This document shows positions 1 to 14,180 of a DNA stretch of 64,000 bases, piece by piece; the stretch's first letter is position 1; every line of letters starts with the position of its first letter. This DNA comes from Octopus vulgaris. Taxonomy: Eukaryota. The translations under genes were made by a program, and so were the position numbers. Where the stretch lies: contig OX597834.1 in assembly GCA_951406725.2 (NCBI GenBank), positions 43,338,001 through 43,402,000 on the forward strand. Reading direction: 5' to 3'. Under the pieces are notes generated by a model, which searched no databases, was not told where the DNA came from, and worked only from the letters and a program-made list of their open reading frames with translations.

Positions 1-402
1 GGGGTCGATAAATTAAGTACCCGTTGCATACTGTGAACGCGACGCTCTAACTACTGAGCCATGCGCCTTCATGTATCTCTATATTGGTTTCAAATGTCGG
101 CACAGGACCAGCAGCTTGGGAAAAGATGTAAGTCGCTTATATCATCAGTGTATTGAGAAGTATATGCCTGGAATGATAGAAACTGAAGCATTTAACACTT
201 CCCCTGTATTTACATTAAGGCAGGCTCTTAGACGTCTCTACCAGAAGTTCCTTTCTTTCTTATTGAGATTCTCCTTTATAGTATGCATATTATATTGATA
301 TTATATTGATATCATATTGATATTATCGACAAAAGGAAAACACTAAAGACAGTCTAATTTCCCTCAAATAGTAACGACCCAACTTTTTGTAAAACCACGT
401 AG

Positions 403-688
403 TTATTCTATCAAATTCTTTTGCCGAACGGGACGTAAACACAACAATACCAGGTATCAAGCAGTGCTGGGGGTAAACATAGATACGAAGACCCCCCCCC
501 TCACAAACACCAACATATTTATATACGACGGGCTTCTTTTAGTTTCCTTTCCTCAAAACCACTCACAAGGCTTTGGTCGGCCCGAGGCTATAGCAGAAGA
601 CACTTGCCCAAATTGCCACGCAATGGGACTGAATCCGGAAGCTTGTGATTGGGAAAGAAGCTTCTTATCACACAGTCGTCCCAGCGCC
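403..688 (-). mobile_element. tRNA-derived SINE family A (internal microsatellite type), tail-truncated
   Basis: Contains ACGACGGGCTTCTTT.AGTTTCC...CACTCACAAGGCTTTGGTCGGCCCGAGGCTATAG.AGAAGACACTTGCCCAA shared with the other family A copies. Confidence 0.85.
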
Positions 689-1399
689 TGTTGAAAATGG
701 ATGGGTGTGTGAGATAATGCTGTCCTATATGGACGGAATCTGAAGTGGCATCGATGGCGAAGACATGGTTGGAAACTTAATCGTCGCAAAACTGCCCGTT
801 GAGGATGATTTCTTTCAATAAGGAAAAAAAGCTTCTCCTAAAGAACCTGTTTCTTCTTTAGGCCTCTCTGTCTTCTGCATGGAGTAAAGACTCTATTCTC
901 CAAACTTAGAAAGCGGTGATGCTTTCGTTCAAGTTCATCCGTGAAATATGATTGTTTTCTTCAGGTTATCCCATATCTTCTAATAGTGACTCTGCCTCAA
1001 AACAGCATAGACTTCATAAAACAAAATCACCCTGGAAGTATCAACTTAGTTTTTCTTCTTTCTTGGATTAAGCAGAGGACGTTCATGTTTGAGGGTAATC
1101 AATTAAAATGATATCCAAAGTGCAAATAACTGCTCTAATATATAATTGAACAAAGAAGGGAATTCGCGTGGTTCATTAACCTGATAAAAGTAGCAGTGAA
1201 GACAATTCATCTTTATTCCTATACTCTCTCGTACCATTCGGTTGTCTTAAAAATATAATAAAACGAAAAAGTGGTTAATGAAATGATTGGTAGGAGTGGT
1301 TTTGAGCTACTCGATGGTGGTCGACCTGGGGCTTGAGTACAATAACAAGAAAACCAACATGTGTGTGTGTGTGTTTTCGTCTCTGTTAATGTGTTTGCG

Positions 1400-1736
1400 T
1401 ACGCATATACGTACATACATACACACATACACATATATATATATGTACATATATATATATGCACACATATATATATGTGTATATATATTTATATTATATT
1501 TCTATATATTTATATTTATTTATATATATACATATATATATATATGTATATATATATACATACATGCATATATACATATATATGCATATATATATATATG
1601 TATATGCATATCTATATATGTGTATATATATGAGTATATATACATGTAAATATATCCATATCTATCTATCTTCACGCACACACACACATATATACACACA
1701 CACACACACATAAACACACACACACACGCACACACG

Positions 1737-1790
<54 letters not shown>
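1400..1790. repeat. Compound (AT)n/(AC)n microsatellite, representative of dozens in the window
   Basis: Direct reading. Confidence 0.95.
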
Positions 1791-1795
<5 letters not shown>

Positions 1796-2049
1796 GTTAG
1801 CTAATACGACTACTGCCAGAATTCTCATTACTCCAGGAGTACGACTTTCTCCCTTCTTCATTTTGTTTCTTTTCTTTCCATTCATTTTTTTCCCTCTGTT
1901 CCACTTTGACTTACATTTCCTATGTTTTTACTCCAAATTTCTCTGCTAACATCTGGTCACTTTTATAGAAGCTTCTCGTTCAACCTATTAAAAGAATAAA
2001 TTGCAGTCGCTCCGTGTGTCGTAGCCTACGGTATGTGGACTGCCAGTTT

Positions 2050-2170
2050 CACAATCTAGCTTCAAATATCTTACACTAATTACCTTTATAATAAGCTGGA
2101 CCTCCTTCTGACTTCACATTCCACAACTCAATTGGGTACCTGACCCCCCTTAGGGTCTTATCGAAACACA
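2050..2170 (+). mobile_element. Degraded LINE APE-endonuclease fragment
   Basis: LDLLLTSHS...LTPLGSY resembles the LDL.LT...PLG.SDH end of APE domains. Frameshifted. Confidence 0.35.
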
Positions 2171-2633
2171 GGAATGCAGAGCTTTACCATTCAATGTACT
2201 TGCATCTTTTCTGCGTTCGTTGAATCATGGCGGCCAGAAAACGAATGCTACGGGAAGGAGAAGTGGAAATAAACAAAATAGATATAAGCAATTAGAGACA
2301 AAAGCGATAGAAGGAGAGAATAAGGGAGCGTGGAAGAGAGAGAGAGAGTAGGAGAGATGTGGAAGGGGACAAGCAGATAAAAAGGGTAAAATAGGAATAG
2401 AGACAAAGTAAGATCTATCAAAAATAAAAGGGAGAGAGAAAGTCATGTGTGTGTTTGTGTGTGTGTGTGTGTGTGTGTCCGTCTGTATCTTTATATATAT
2501 ATATATATATATAGGTAATACGCATATATGTAAGCGGTGCCCCAGCATGGCCACAGTCTAATGACTGAAACAAATATTCATGACTATATATGCTATGTAT
2601 TATATATATACACCACACCTAACACTCAATACA

Positions 2634-2665
<32 letters not shown>

Positions 2666-2717
2666 GGTAGATATGTACAAATATATATGTATGCATACAT
2701 ATATATGTATATATAAG

Positions 2718-2778
<61 letters not shown>

Positions 2779-3001
2779 ATACATACACACATATATATAA
2801 GTATGTATATGTATATGTAACTCTTTGTATCCACCTATCTATCTATCTATTTATTTTTCTATCCTTGTAACTACTTCCCTTCTTCCTCTTGGTGTGTTTA
2901 AAGAGAAAAAAAGAAAGAGAAAGAGATACAACTATAAATCTATTTACACATATATGGATATATATATATATGCATGTGTGTATGTATACATGCACTCACA
3001 G

Positions 3002-3036
<35 letters not shown>

Positions 3037-3763
3037 CATGTATGTATATGCTACATAAATGAATTTACAAAAGGAAAAATTAGATAAGAGGCCAAAACGT
3101 ATTGAGAAGAGAAACTTTGAACCCACCCTGTACGAAAATCGCTCCAGAAAGAAACGAAAAATAAAATACAATGTCTGGCTTTCTATGTTTAAGAGCTGGA
3201 GGCTATTGCATCGATATAGATAAAACTATTTATAAATATAACGCAAAGTACACCATTTTTCAAAGTAAATTTGCGGTGAGTAGAGAAGACAACAATTACT
3301 TTTGCCGGTAAGTATGACGAATACATCTTTTATGAGGAGTTTCTTTTAAATGAGTATGCTCTTTCAAGCAATCCACCTGCTGCGATAAATTAATATATGA
3401 CATTATTTTCTAAAATGCATCATGGTCCTCCAACGCTCTGTGTGTAGGTTATCAAAGTCACATGAAGACCCATGAGGAAATAAGCATATGTGTGTGTGTG
3501 TGTGTGTTTGGCTATGTGTCTTATTTTGTGTGCCTGTGTGAATCTGACTCTCTATACAAATATGCATGTGTATGCTTACATACATGCATGTATATATTTA
3601 TATATATACACATATAGACACATAGGTGTGTATATGTATATGCATGTACACACACACACACATGCACACAAACACACTCACATACACACACATATCGAAA
3701 AAGTAGTATGACTGCTTCACACTGCATCAAAAGATGAAAAAAAAATTCTCTCTCCCTTTATAT

Positions 3764-3795
<32 letters not shown>

Positions 3796-3816
3796 CACAC
3801 ATACATACATACATAC

Positions 3817-3893
<77 letters not shown>

Positions 3894-3909
3894 GGTATAT
3901 ATATTTTAT

Positions 3910-4213
3910 CCTCGGGCCGACCGAAGCCTTGTGCGTGGGTCTGGTAGATGGAAACTGAAAGAAGCCTTTGTTATATGTGTATATTTGTTTGTGTGTCTGC
4001 GTTTGTTCCCCCGCCATCGATTGATACGCGATGCCTTCGTGTTTATGTCCACATAACTTAGCAGTTCTGCCTCAGAGACCGATAAAATAGGTTTTGCATT
4101 TACAGAGTTTATGTACTGCTGTCGATTTCTTCGCCTAACACCCTTTAAGGCGGTGCTCCAGCATGGCTGCAGTGAAATAACTGAAACAAGTAAATTAATA
4201 AATGAATAAAAGA
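3910..4213 (+). mobile_element. SINE family A, 5'-truncated
   Basis: CCTCGGGCCGACCGAAGCCTTGTG...GGAAACTGAAAGAAGCC...GGCGGTGCTCCAGCATGGC...CTGAAACAAGTAAA. Confidence 0.85.
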
Positions 4214-4365
4214 ATATGTGTACGAGGGAGAGAGGGGTGAGAGAGAGAGAGAGAAATAGAGAGTGGCTGATAGACAGAGAGAGAAATGTAGAGACTGCGT
4301 GTGTATGTGTGTGTACTTTGGGAGCGTAGCTTAGTACCTGTCAAAAATGATGCGGTTTAAGAACA

Positions 4366-4414
<49 letters not shown>

Positions 4415-4962
4415 TATGTATGTATACGGCTTCTATCATTTTATGTCTGCGAAATCCATTTACAAAGAACTGGTCACCCCTTTCACTAGATTAGAAGACA
4501 GTTGTCCGAATTGTCATGAAGTGGGACTGAATCCGGACCGTGTTGTGAAAGAAGAATTCGAATATGTATATATCTGCGTTGATGCATGAATGTTAGTCGA
4601 GACATATAGATTTTCAACGGTTTCAGATAATCGAAAAATCATTTCCTATATAGAAATGAATGGGTTAGCTATTGGCGAAATAAAACTGTCTGCGGCACAA
4701 TGATGTTTCAAAAGGCTTAAATAAAATTTAAATTATGTATATAAAGAATCCGGTGTTTGATTTACAAAACAATTTAAAACGCTGTTGCTTTTGTACAAAC
4801 GCAGGTCGACAGTGATCAAACGGACATATTGTTAAGTAAATCGTCAGCAGAATGTCTGTCTGTCGTTTGCAAATAATATAATTCCTGATATGGCATATCA
4901 GCTTTCTGTTCAGAAAGAGAGGAGGAAATCTCTTCTTCATGCTGTCGTTTGATCTCCTTTGC

Positions 4963-5006
<44 letters not shown>

Positions 5007-5143
5007 CATGCATATGTATATGATGCTAGCTTGCAGAATCGTTACCACGCCGCCAAAATGTTTAGCCGCATTTCGTTCGTTTTAAAATTTTGAATTCAAA
5101 TTATGCCGAGGTCAACTTCACACGCCCACACCCACCCACACAC

Positions 5144-5203
<60 letters not shown>

Positions 5204-5558
5204 GGCTTCCATCAGTTTTATGTCTGCCAACTCCATTTGTATTCTCTCCTAATGACCCCATACACTTGCTGGCTTCCGATATGCGGACTGATAGCACTTG
5301 CATTTGCAAGTTGTTCGCAAGACATCTAAGATTAATCAAAGGACATATGTCTACCTGCTAGAAATAGCAGTCAATAACAGACTATTTTTGAAATAGTCAT
5401 GCCAGATAATAACAAAATTTATAATATATCAGCAAATTAATTTTTCGGGAATTATTTTTCTCGTAAATTGTGTCAACTTAATGTGACAGCCCCACGAAGG
5501 GAAGAATGCTACTGCTATATAACCCTAAGAAGCAGCGTTTCAGACTGGCCATGACACA

Positions 5559-5597
<39 letters not shown>

Positions 5598-5606
<9 letters not shown>

Positions 5607-5704
5607 TTAGAGACAAAACCACTATTTTGCAAAACAAACAAGGAAAGACTTAATCAATGCATAAAATTTTAATAAAAAGTAAAAAAAACCGCCTCTACAA
5701 TTGT
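5598..5704 (-). mobile_element. Probable PLE pseudo-LTR 3' fragment
   Basis: Lies between (TA)n and (TG)n. Minus strand starts ACAATTGTA, resembling a palindromic HHR stem III plus GUA site. Rest of the ribozyme is absent. Confidence 0.3.
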
Positions 5705-6025
5705 GTGTGTGTGAGAGTGTTTGAGTGTGTGAATATGTGTGTGAGTGTGTGAGTGTGTGTGTGTGTATTAAAGCTACCATTGGATTCGTTTTAATAAAAA
5801 TCTTAATGTTTTATCAATTTTGGAAGCCAATCATAAGGAGGAATGGTTTCCGCCTTCATTTTGGTGTTTTCATCCAAAATGAAGATGAACACCATTCCAC
5901 CATGTGATCGGCTTGAGAAATTGTTCAGATATTAAGATTTTTTCTGAACACGAAACCAATGCTAGCCTTCGAACAGAAATGAAGAAATGCGGTGTTGAGT
6001 ACTCGTTATTGTTGTTCGACACTCA

Positions 6026-6080
<55 letters not shown>

Positions 6081-6105
6081 ACACACACACACACAAACAC
6101 ATACA

Positions 6106-6152
<47 letters not shown>

Positions 6153-6809
6153 GGATATACAAGTAAATATCGAACAATGGGAATCAGTGCTCAACAAAAG
6201 GATTGTGGATGAAGCTCTTCTTAAGAATTTGTGATTTTACCAAATAAGGCATTTTCTGGAAGTGCACTTCCAAAAGATGCTGCTAAATCTCCTCCAGTGA
6301 ATAACAATATACAAACACACCCGTATATGTATTTTGCGCAATTGAATCTTCAGTCTAAAATTTGACGAGATGATCACGGCAGGAAAGTCTCTGAGAACGT
6401 AAATCGACTTGAGTTGATCTGATGTGAAAGTAAACAAAACAAATAACAGACACAATTCTTGCATAATATTAATGATATACTTTAATGCAATAAACTTAAT
6501 TAACAGCACGATGGTCTTCTTCATCGCTGTTAACAATCATAATGAGGGTCAGCAGCGGCTTTGGATGCGGTGATAGCAATAGCGGTGGCATTCGTTGTGC
6601 AGCAGCGGCAATGGCATCGGCTGCTGAGCCGTTAGTGAAGGTAGCAACGACTGGAAAGGTGACAGAGACGACGGTAGCGGCTGCGGGGGCGACAGCGGAA
6701 GCACCGACGGGACAATTCTGGGAAGAAGCACCGGCCTCAGGAATTGCATTTGTGATGATGTTTATCTTTAAAGCTATTTTCTTAATGGCTGCCTCTGAAT
6801 ATCACCGCC

Positions 6810-6812
6810 AAC

Positions 6813-6846
<34 letters not shown>

Positions 6847-6852
6847 TCATCA

Positions 6853-6884
<32 letters not shown>

Positions 6885-7291
6885 GTCATCAACGTAATCA
6901 TTATCATCATCATCATCGTCGTCGTCGTCGTCATCACCATCATCATCATCAATGTAATCATCATCATCATCATCATCATCATCGTCATCATCAATGTAAT
7001 CATCATCATCATCATCATCATCAATGTAACCCTCATTATCATCATCGGCCCCATTGTCGTCATCGTCGTCGTTACCGTCAGCACTACTTGCCGTCGACGT
7101 CGCTTTCTGCCTCATCGTCGTAATATGCATCCCCTTCGTCATCGTCATCATTATCATCATCTGTGAACACAGCAGTCAATAATGACTTACATTTTCACTA
7201 CTACCACCACCACCACCGCCACCACCACTACCACCACCACCACCACCATAACCACCGTCACCATTACTATCACCAAAATCCTTACCACACA

Positions 7292-7369
<78 letters not shown>

Positions 7370-7370
7370 T
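6810..7370. repeat. Trinucleotide cluster (CAC/CAT/CGT)n, (CAC)n, (TAT)n
   Basis: Direct reading. Source of the poly-H/D/M/Y ORFs. Confidence 0.95.
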
Positions 7371-7903
7371 ATTCATCTGCGACAACGTCAGAATCTTGGG
7401 AGCTGACGTGCCAACAGAACAAGCAGCGGACAGCTGTTTCTGTTTTAATTGGGGTCTCATCAATGGCATAAATCTTCACTCCTCCTTTCGGGGATCGAAC
7501 GTGTACATTCAAATTAACAGACCAGATGAGTCCATTGGATAAAGCCACGGGCTGCTGGCACTCGCACTCTCGTTGATGACTAACCAATTACCATAGTAAC
7601 ATTTTGAAACGGAGTTAGGCTGTTTGTTTTATCTTCGTTCTCCCCTCTTTCACAACGACAAAGAATTCAGAAGGCACATTCAATCAATTAGAACGTGAGG
7701 CCCCCAAGTATTGAGGAATGGATGATCCTTACATGGATATCCAGAAACACATACACACACAGTTATGTGTGCAATCAAACAAGCTAATATACCGTAGGCT
7801 AATTTAGAAAATACCCATTTTTAATGACGAAACTAATTAAAATTTTAGAATTTATTATCTAATGTTTTTTTTTTTATTTCTCCTCAGTTTTCTAGAAAAC
7901 TTC

Positions 7904-8283
7904 TACTCTTTTACGCTTTTACTTGTTTCAGTCATTTAACTGCAGCCTTGCTGGAGCACCGCCTTTAGTCGAACAAATCGACCCCGGTACTTATTCTTTG
8001 TAAGCCCAGTACTTATTCTATCGGTCTCTTATGCCGAACCGCTAGGTGACGATGACATAAACACACCAGCATCGATTGTCAAGCGATGTTGGGGGGCGGG
8101 ACAAACATGCACACACACACACATATATATATACATATATACGACGGGCTTCTTTGATTTTCTGTCTACCAAATCCAATCTCAGGGATTTGGTTGACCCG
8201 AGGCTATAGTAGAAGACACTTGCCCAAGTTGCCACCGGAACAATGCGGTTGGTAAGCAAGCTACTTACCACACTGCCACTCCT
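7904..8283 (-). mobile_element. SINE family A, near full length
   Basis: Tail TTTTACTTGTTTCAGTCATTT through head CTTACCACACTGCCACTCCT. Confidence 0.9.
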
Positions 8284-8299
8284 CTGATCATGTGACGGA

Positions 8300-8344
<45 letters not shown>

Positions 8345-8451
8345 GTGGTTGGCACAAATTTAATGGCGGTGCACCAGCATGGCCACAGCTCAAGAGCTGA
8401 AACTGGAAAACATAAACATAAACATATATTGATATATATATGTTTATATTA

Positions 8452-8501
<50 letters not shown>

Positions 8502-8917
8502 AGAGAGAGAGAGATTGATGGATAGATAGATAGATAGATAACCGACTTGTTCAGTCACCGTTGAAACACTGCTTCTAAGGGCAGATCCGGCGCGTTTTCT
8601 GGTAAACATCCCTGTTATTGCGAGGATACAATATCCTCATGAAGAATGATGACTTCACCCAGGTTTCGTGTATTCATTTTCCAATTTGCAGATACGTATA
8701 TTTTCTAACTGACATTTTACACCGTTCGTCGTTTTTGAGTTGTTAATCAGACAAGTCTAAAAATTTCATCTATACTATTTATTTTGCAATATAACCTGTT
8801 ATTAGGCTTTGCTATAGATTACTTAATTTTTAATTACTTCCAATATAGTCTCCATCGCCAGGATGCATTTTAAGAATTATATTTCACTAGATGGTAGTAG
8901 AAATCAAATTTATATTA

Positions 8918-8973
<56 letters not shown>

Positions 8974-9140
8974 GCAAATATCCTTCTGTATAGTCACACG
9001 CTTGCGTGTACGTATAATTTTGTTACGCTTTTTCTGTACCACTATATTAACTTGGGCTCCTACATTTCATACATACATATATGTCTGTGTGTGTACGTGA
9101 GTGTGTGTGTGTAGGTATGTATCTATATCTGTTTAGCTAG

Positions 9141-9201
<61 letters not shown>

Positions 9202-9317
9202 CATACATACATACCTACATACATACATATATATGTATATATATATATGCATTTGGATTATTTTATACATATATAACGTATATATGTGAATAAAATCATC
9301 TCTCTCTCTCTCTCTCT

Positions 9318-9372
<55 letters not shown>

Positions 9373-9380
9373 TCTATCTA

Positions 9381-9416
<36 letters not shown>

Positions 9417-9511
9417 TATACACATTTTTACATGCATATACAGACACGTATATATAGGAAATTTAAATACGTACGTACATACCTACATAAATACATGCAT
9501 ACATACATACA

Positions 9512-9545
<34 letters not shown>

Positions 9546-10079
9546 ATACGTACATACATATATACATACATACACACATACATACATATACGTACATACG
9601 TAGGAAGAATGGCGCACAAACTTTCCTTCATTTGATATCATGACTTCAAATGAATTAATTTCGTAGTTCTTCTGGGAGAATGATAAGAAAACATATCACT
9701 GAAATAAGATACATAATTAATTTCATTAGAATTTTAACTATTCTCCCAAAATAATTTTCAATGCATATCAACGATATTATATGATTTTGCAGACATATAC
9801 ATACGTGTGTGTATGGGAGTGTGTTCGTGTGCGTATACAATCATATGAGTGTATCTGTAAATGCCTATGTGCTCGTGTGACTGTATATATTTATATATAT
9901 ATATATATATATACCTACACATGTCTGAATTTCATTTTCGTTCAACTGTGTTTTTATTAGTTTGGTATTACTTAAGATTAAATGCATAGATTACATTCAA
10001 TATAAGTATACATGTCATTCAGTAACATTATGGTAATTAAAACAATATATATTCGTACCGTCGTACACGCATACGTTCA

Positions 10080-10085
10080 TATATA

Positions 10086-10157
<72 letters not shown>

Positions 10158-10393
10158 CATATATATATGTATATATATATAATTATATGTATATATATAC
10201 ATATATAGGTTTATGTATAGAAATGTGCTTATATATGTATATATGTATGTATATTTATATATATATATATATATAATTACATACATACATAAACTCACAC
10301 ACACATACACACACGCATATATATGTGTGTGTGTATATATATATATGTATATATATATATGTATGTATGTATATATATATATGTGTGTGTATG

Positions 10394-10429
<36 letters not shown>

Positions 10430-10510
10430 TATACATGTATATATACATATATATATATATATACGTATATTGATAGAGAGATAGAGAGATAGATAGATAG
10501 ATTGACTGAT
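10080..10510. repeat. (AT)n-dominated compound microsatellite
   Basis: Direct reading. Confidence 0.95.
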
Positions 10511-11092
10511 TGATAGATTGATATCAAGATAAATAGATAGCTAGGTGCTGACCTATACATGAATACATACATATGCATGTATGTGGTGAGCTAATCACGA
10601 TATTCGGAAGATATTAAATTATGTTGGAAAATATTTAATACTACTGAATTAATAAAACTTTTACGGATCTTGTTTTTAATTATCATTAGCTTCAAATTCA
10701 GGAAATTTTATAATTTCTTTCTTATTGCTTCGTCAGAGGATACAAAATCCGCAAACACATCTCTTTTCAAGGCCACTATGTCGGGTGATGGGTAGGTGAA
10801 TATTATTTTAAAACAAGTGACTAGGCTGAAAGGAAGTAAATAAACTGCACCGCAGGTTTGACTTAAATATTCACTGATATAAAACTTACTTGGTTTAATC
10901 TTTTGTTCTTCGTGTTATAAATATTTTTCGTTGCCTTTTAATGTTAGATAATATCCGGGAAGATAGAAAAAACGACGAACTAGCAGAGACATTGAAGTAT
11001 CGCAAAGCATAATTTGCGGCGGTGTTCCTGTAGTGTTACCTGTTCAAATGAACGTGTATATGGTGAGCTAAAGATTCTGCCAGCTCGCCACT

Positions 11093-11094
<2 letters not shown>

Positions 11095-11160
<66 letters not shown>
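11095..11160. repeat. (AAT)n
   Basis: Direct reading. Confidence 0.95.
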
Positions 11161-11161
<1 letters not shown>

Positions 11162-11201
11162 GTAATATCAATGATGATGATGATAATAATAATAATGATA
11201 G

Positions 11202-11578
11202 CCCTTTCTACTATATGCACAAGGCCTGAAATTTTGTGGAGAGGGTGTCGATTGCATTGACCCTAGTACTTCGCTGGTACTTAAGTTACGCACCGAAAGG
11301 ATGAAAAACAAAGTTGACCTCAGCGGAATTTGAACTCAGAACGTAGCTGCAATCGAAATTCCTTTTTCTTTAATACCCACAAGGAGCTAAACACAGAGAG
11401 GACAAAGAAGGACAGACAAACGGATTAAGTCGATTATATCGACCCCAGTGCGTAACTGGTACTTAATTTACCGACCCCGAAAAGATGAAAGGCAAAGTCG
11501 ACCTCGGCGGAATTTGAACTCAGAACTACCGCTAAGCATTTCACCGGGCTTGCTATCAATTCTGCCAGCTCGCCGCTT
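11202..11578 (-). mobile_element. tRNA-derived SINE family B (Meta-domain-like), two-module copy
   Basis: Head GCGGCGAGCTGGCAGAA, B-box GAGTTCAAATTCC, central GCCTTTCATC.TTTCGGGGTCG.TAAATTAAGTACCAG motif occurring twice. Confidence 0.9.
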
Positions 11579-11587
11579 TTTAAAATA

Positions 11588-11927
11588 ATAAGAGCACTCA
11601 GAGAGCACAAACCTCAGTCAAGGCAACACCAACGTCATCTCGATGATTAACCAGAGATGGTATTTATAAATAAACTCGATTGCTCACACGAGGATACTAA
11701 AAATGAACCCGACCGCTCTCAAAAATTAAGTAAATAATACAGGAAAAATAATCCAGAATCCTTATCCGGTACGGGATCGATACCAAAATCTGATCAGTTC
11801 GTGCCAGTCACGAAGAAAACATCCCTGAAAGTTTCATCCGAATCTATCCAGCGGTTCTTGAGATATCTTGTCCACGGGCAAACAAAGAAAGAAACGTGAA
11901 TGAAAACAAAACCTCCGCCTTCGCTAA
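11588..11927 (+). mobile_element. Non-autonomous Helentron/DINE-like element (HINE), copy 1
   Basis: 5' AAGAGCACTCAGAGAGCACAAACCTCAGTCAAGG, core AAAGTTTCATCCGAATCTATCCAGCGGTTCTTGAGATATC, short (AAAC/AAAG) run, 3' ACCTCCGCCTTCGCTAA. Homologous to 12597-12920. Confidence 0.65.
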
Positions 11928-12596
11928 ACCAATGCATCCTTCCCTTTTAAGGAGAGTACTTACTTGATTTTAAGTAAATTTCGCAGCTATTTCTTGCATA
12001 CTTAGAAAACGAAAATAGCACATTGCCTTGGATGAAGTTATAAAAATGAGTTATTTTCAGAACTAAGCTACCAGCTTATTGTAAAGCTCCAGATTTCAAC
12101 GATTTTTAAATATATTTATAATAAAATCTAGTATGAAGCTATATTTGATATTGGAGAAGATATAAAATTAATTTAATTTAGCAAGATATCATAACGGCGT
12201 TGGTACTCTACCAAGTTTTGAATTGCACTTTTTGTTTTCCACTTTTATGTCTATTTCTAATTATATTTTCGGTTTTTTACGTTTTCTATTTTTGTATCCG
12301 GAGAAAAATAGTATTTGGTCCGTATTCAGTTTCGTAATTTCCTTGTAATACTCAAATGTATGCGATGAGAATAGTAATTATAGAGGGGTTTCATGAATAA
12401 AAGAACGACTTGAAATAACTGCAGAGTCATAAAATGCCAAGGAATAACTTGCCTGGGAATGATTATATAATGTAATGTAAGTTGTACATCTGCAACCTAA
12501 ATGGATGGTATGGGTAAGGTCTGAGACTATGGGAAATAGTATAAAACCCGAAGAAATGGTTTAGGAAGAAATCGAACAGAGCAGTTATAAAAGAAA

Positions 12597-12920
12597 CCAT
12601 AGCACTTAGGGAGCGCGAACTTCCGTCACGGCAACAGCAATGTCCTCTCAACGACTAGTCGTAGATGATTTTTAAAATGAGAATATCTGAAATAAGCCTC
12701 GATTGCTCTGACAAACGAGAATACTAAAAATGAACCCGACCGCTCTCAAAAATTAAGTAAATAAGACAGGAAAAATAATCCAGAATCCTTGTCCATACCG
12801 GATCAATCCTAAAATCTAATCGATTCGTGCCTGTCACGGGGACAAACATCCCTGGAAGTTTCATCTTAATCCATTCAGCTGTTCTTGAGATATCTTGTCC
12901 AAGCTAAGGTGGAGGTAATA
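12597..12920 (+). mobile_element. Non-autonomous Helentron/DINE-like element (HINE), copy 2
   Basis: Shares ATACTAAAAATGAACCCGACCGCTCTCAAAAATTAAGTAAATAA.ACAGGAAAAATAATCCAGAATCCTT with copy 1. Ends GCTAAGGTGGAGGTAAT. Confidence 0.65.
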
Positions 12921-13074
12921 AAGAAATAATTGCCAGGAAATGGAGAATGAGGAGGAGGGGAGGGGAGAGAGAAGAAAAATAGAAGTGCGATTGAAAGTGA
13001 AACAAAGTTGGATAGTGAATGCGAAACAGGATAAGATACTATGAAGCAGAGATATATTGTAATATCGATATTGT

Positions 13075-13250
13075 GGTTTCAAATTTTGGCACAAGACATG
13101 CAATTTCAGAGGCAGTGGGTAGTCGAATGCATCGATCTAAGTAATTGTCAGGTTTTATTTCATCGACTTTAAAGTCAGAACTTCATGACCCGGCAGAAGT
13201 TACGCAAAGCATTTAGTTCGACGTCGTAACGATCGTACCAGTTCACCACA
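13075..13250 (-). mobile_element. SINE family B, diverged
   Basis: Tail GGTTTCAAATTTTGGCACAAG plus degenerate body. Confidence 0.6.
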
Positions 13251-14180
13251 TTCGTGATAAAAGAATAAGGGAGGAAATTTAGCAAAGGAAAGGAAAGAAA
13301 GTAACAAAGTCGAAACGAAATAAGGAAATATTTTAAAGGTACAACAAGGAGACAAACAAAAGAAAAAAAAGAGACAGACATGGCTAAATCTAATAATTGC
13401 ATGCAATAGTCGCTAAAGCATTGATAAATTATGTAATATCCTTTCTAGGTTTAGTACAAGGCCAGTAAATTTAAGGAGTAGAGTTAATCGATTCTTACCC
13501 TGAGATCAGTGCAGGCTCAGTATACACCAATTAATTTCACTATACGCCAACTAAATCTCACTAACTTTATAGAATAATTAGTGACATTCCAGACACCGAT
13601 GTCGCAAATAACCAGCTGCCCTGTCAAACAATCTACGTTAGCGTCGGAAGTATTAGTATCAAAATGGTATCTTTACATCTAACTTAACGTAAAGTTTATT
13701 TAAAACGCTGAAATCTGTGCTTGTTCGCCTTGAAAGATACTCTCATATAGACGCATGGTACATAAAAGTATCGTGGCAGCTGATTCTCGTCTCCTACAAT
13801 ACATGTCTGTGATAAAATTCTCCATGTGTTCTAAATAAACAACCACGTTAAGTTGGATATAAAGATTGCCTATTGCTAGTGATAGAGATTCTGTCGCGAT
13901 TATCTAATTAGACGCATCAATGCCTGAAAAAAGCCTGTTATTCCATATAACACTGACAATGAGATTCGGCAGGTATGCAGTAGGCGAATATCTATCACTG
14001 AGGACGACCAGTGTGCTACGCTCACGTGATCTAGAAGTTCCGGCCCCTCACATGTCAGACGATTTTCCTTTGCTACGAGATATGTATATGATTGTATGCA
14101 CTATACAGCCGTATGAGAACACCTCTCGAAATGCACATTGTGGTATTAGGCGTTCTGATGGAAATATCTGCATACACACA

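Noticed and set aside
6257-6272. Perfect 16-bp palindrome TGGAAGTGCACTTCCA
   Set aside because: About one such palindrome is expected by chance in 64 kb.
6542-7123. 193-aa Ala/His-rich ORF
   Set aside because: Driven by GCA/CAT/CGT repeats, open on both strands, with no domain or convincing splice signals.
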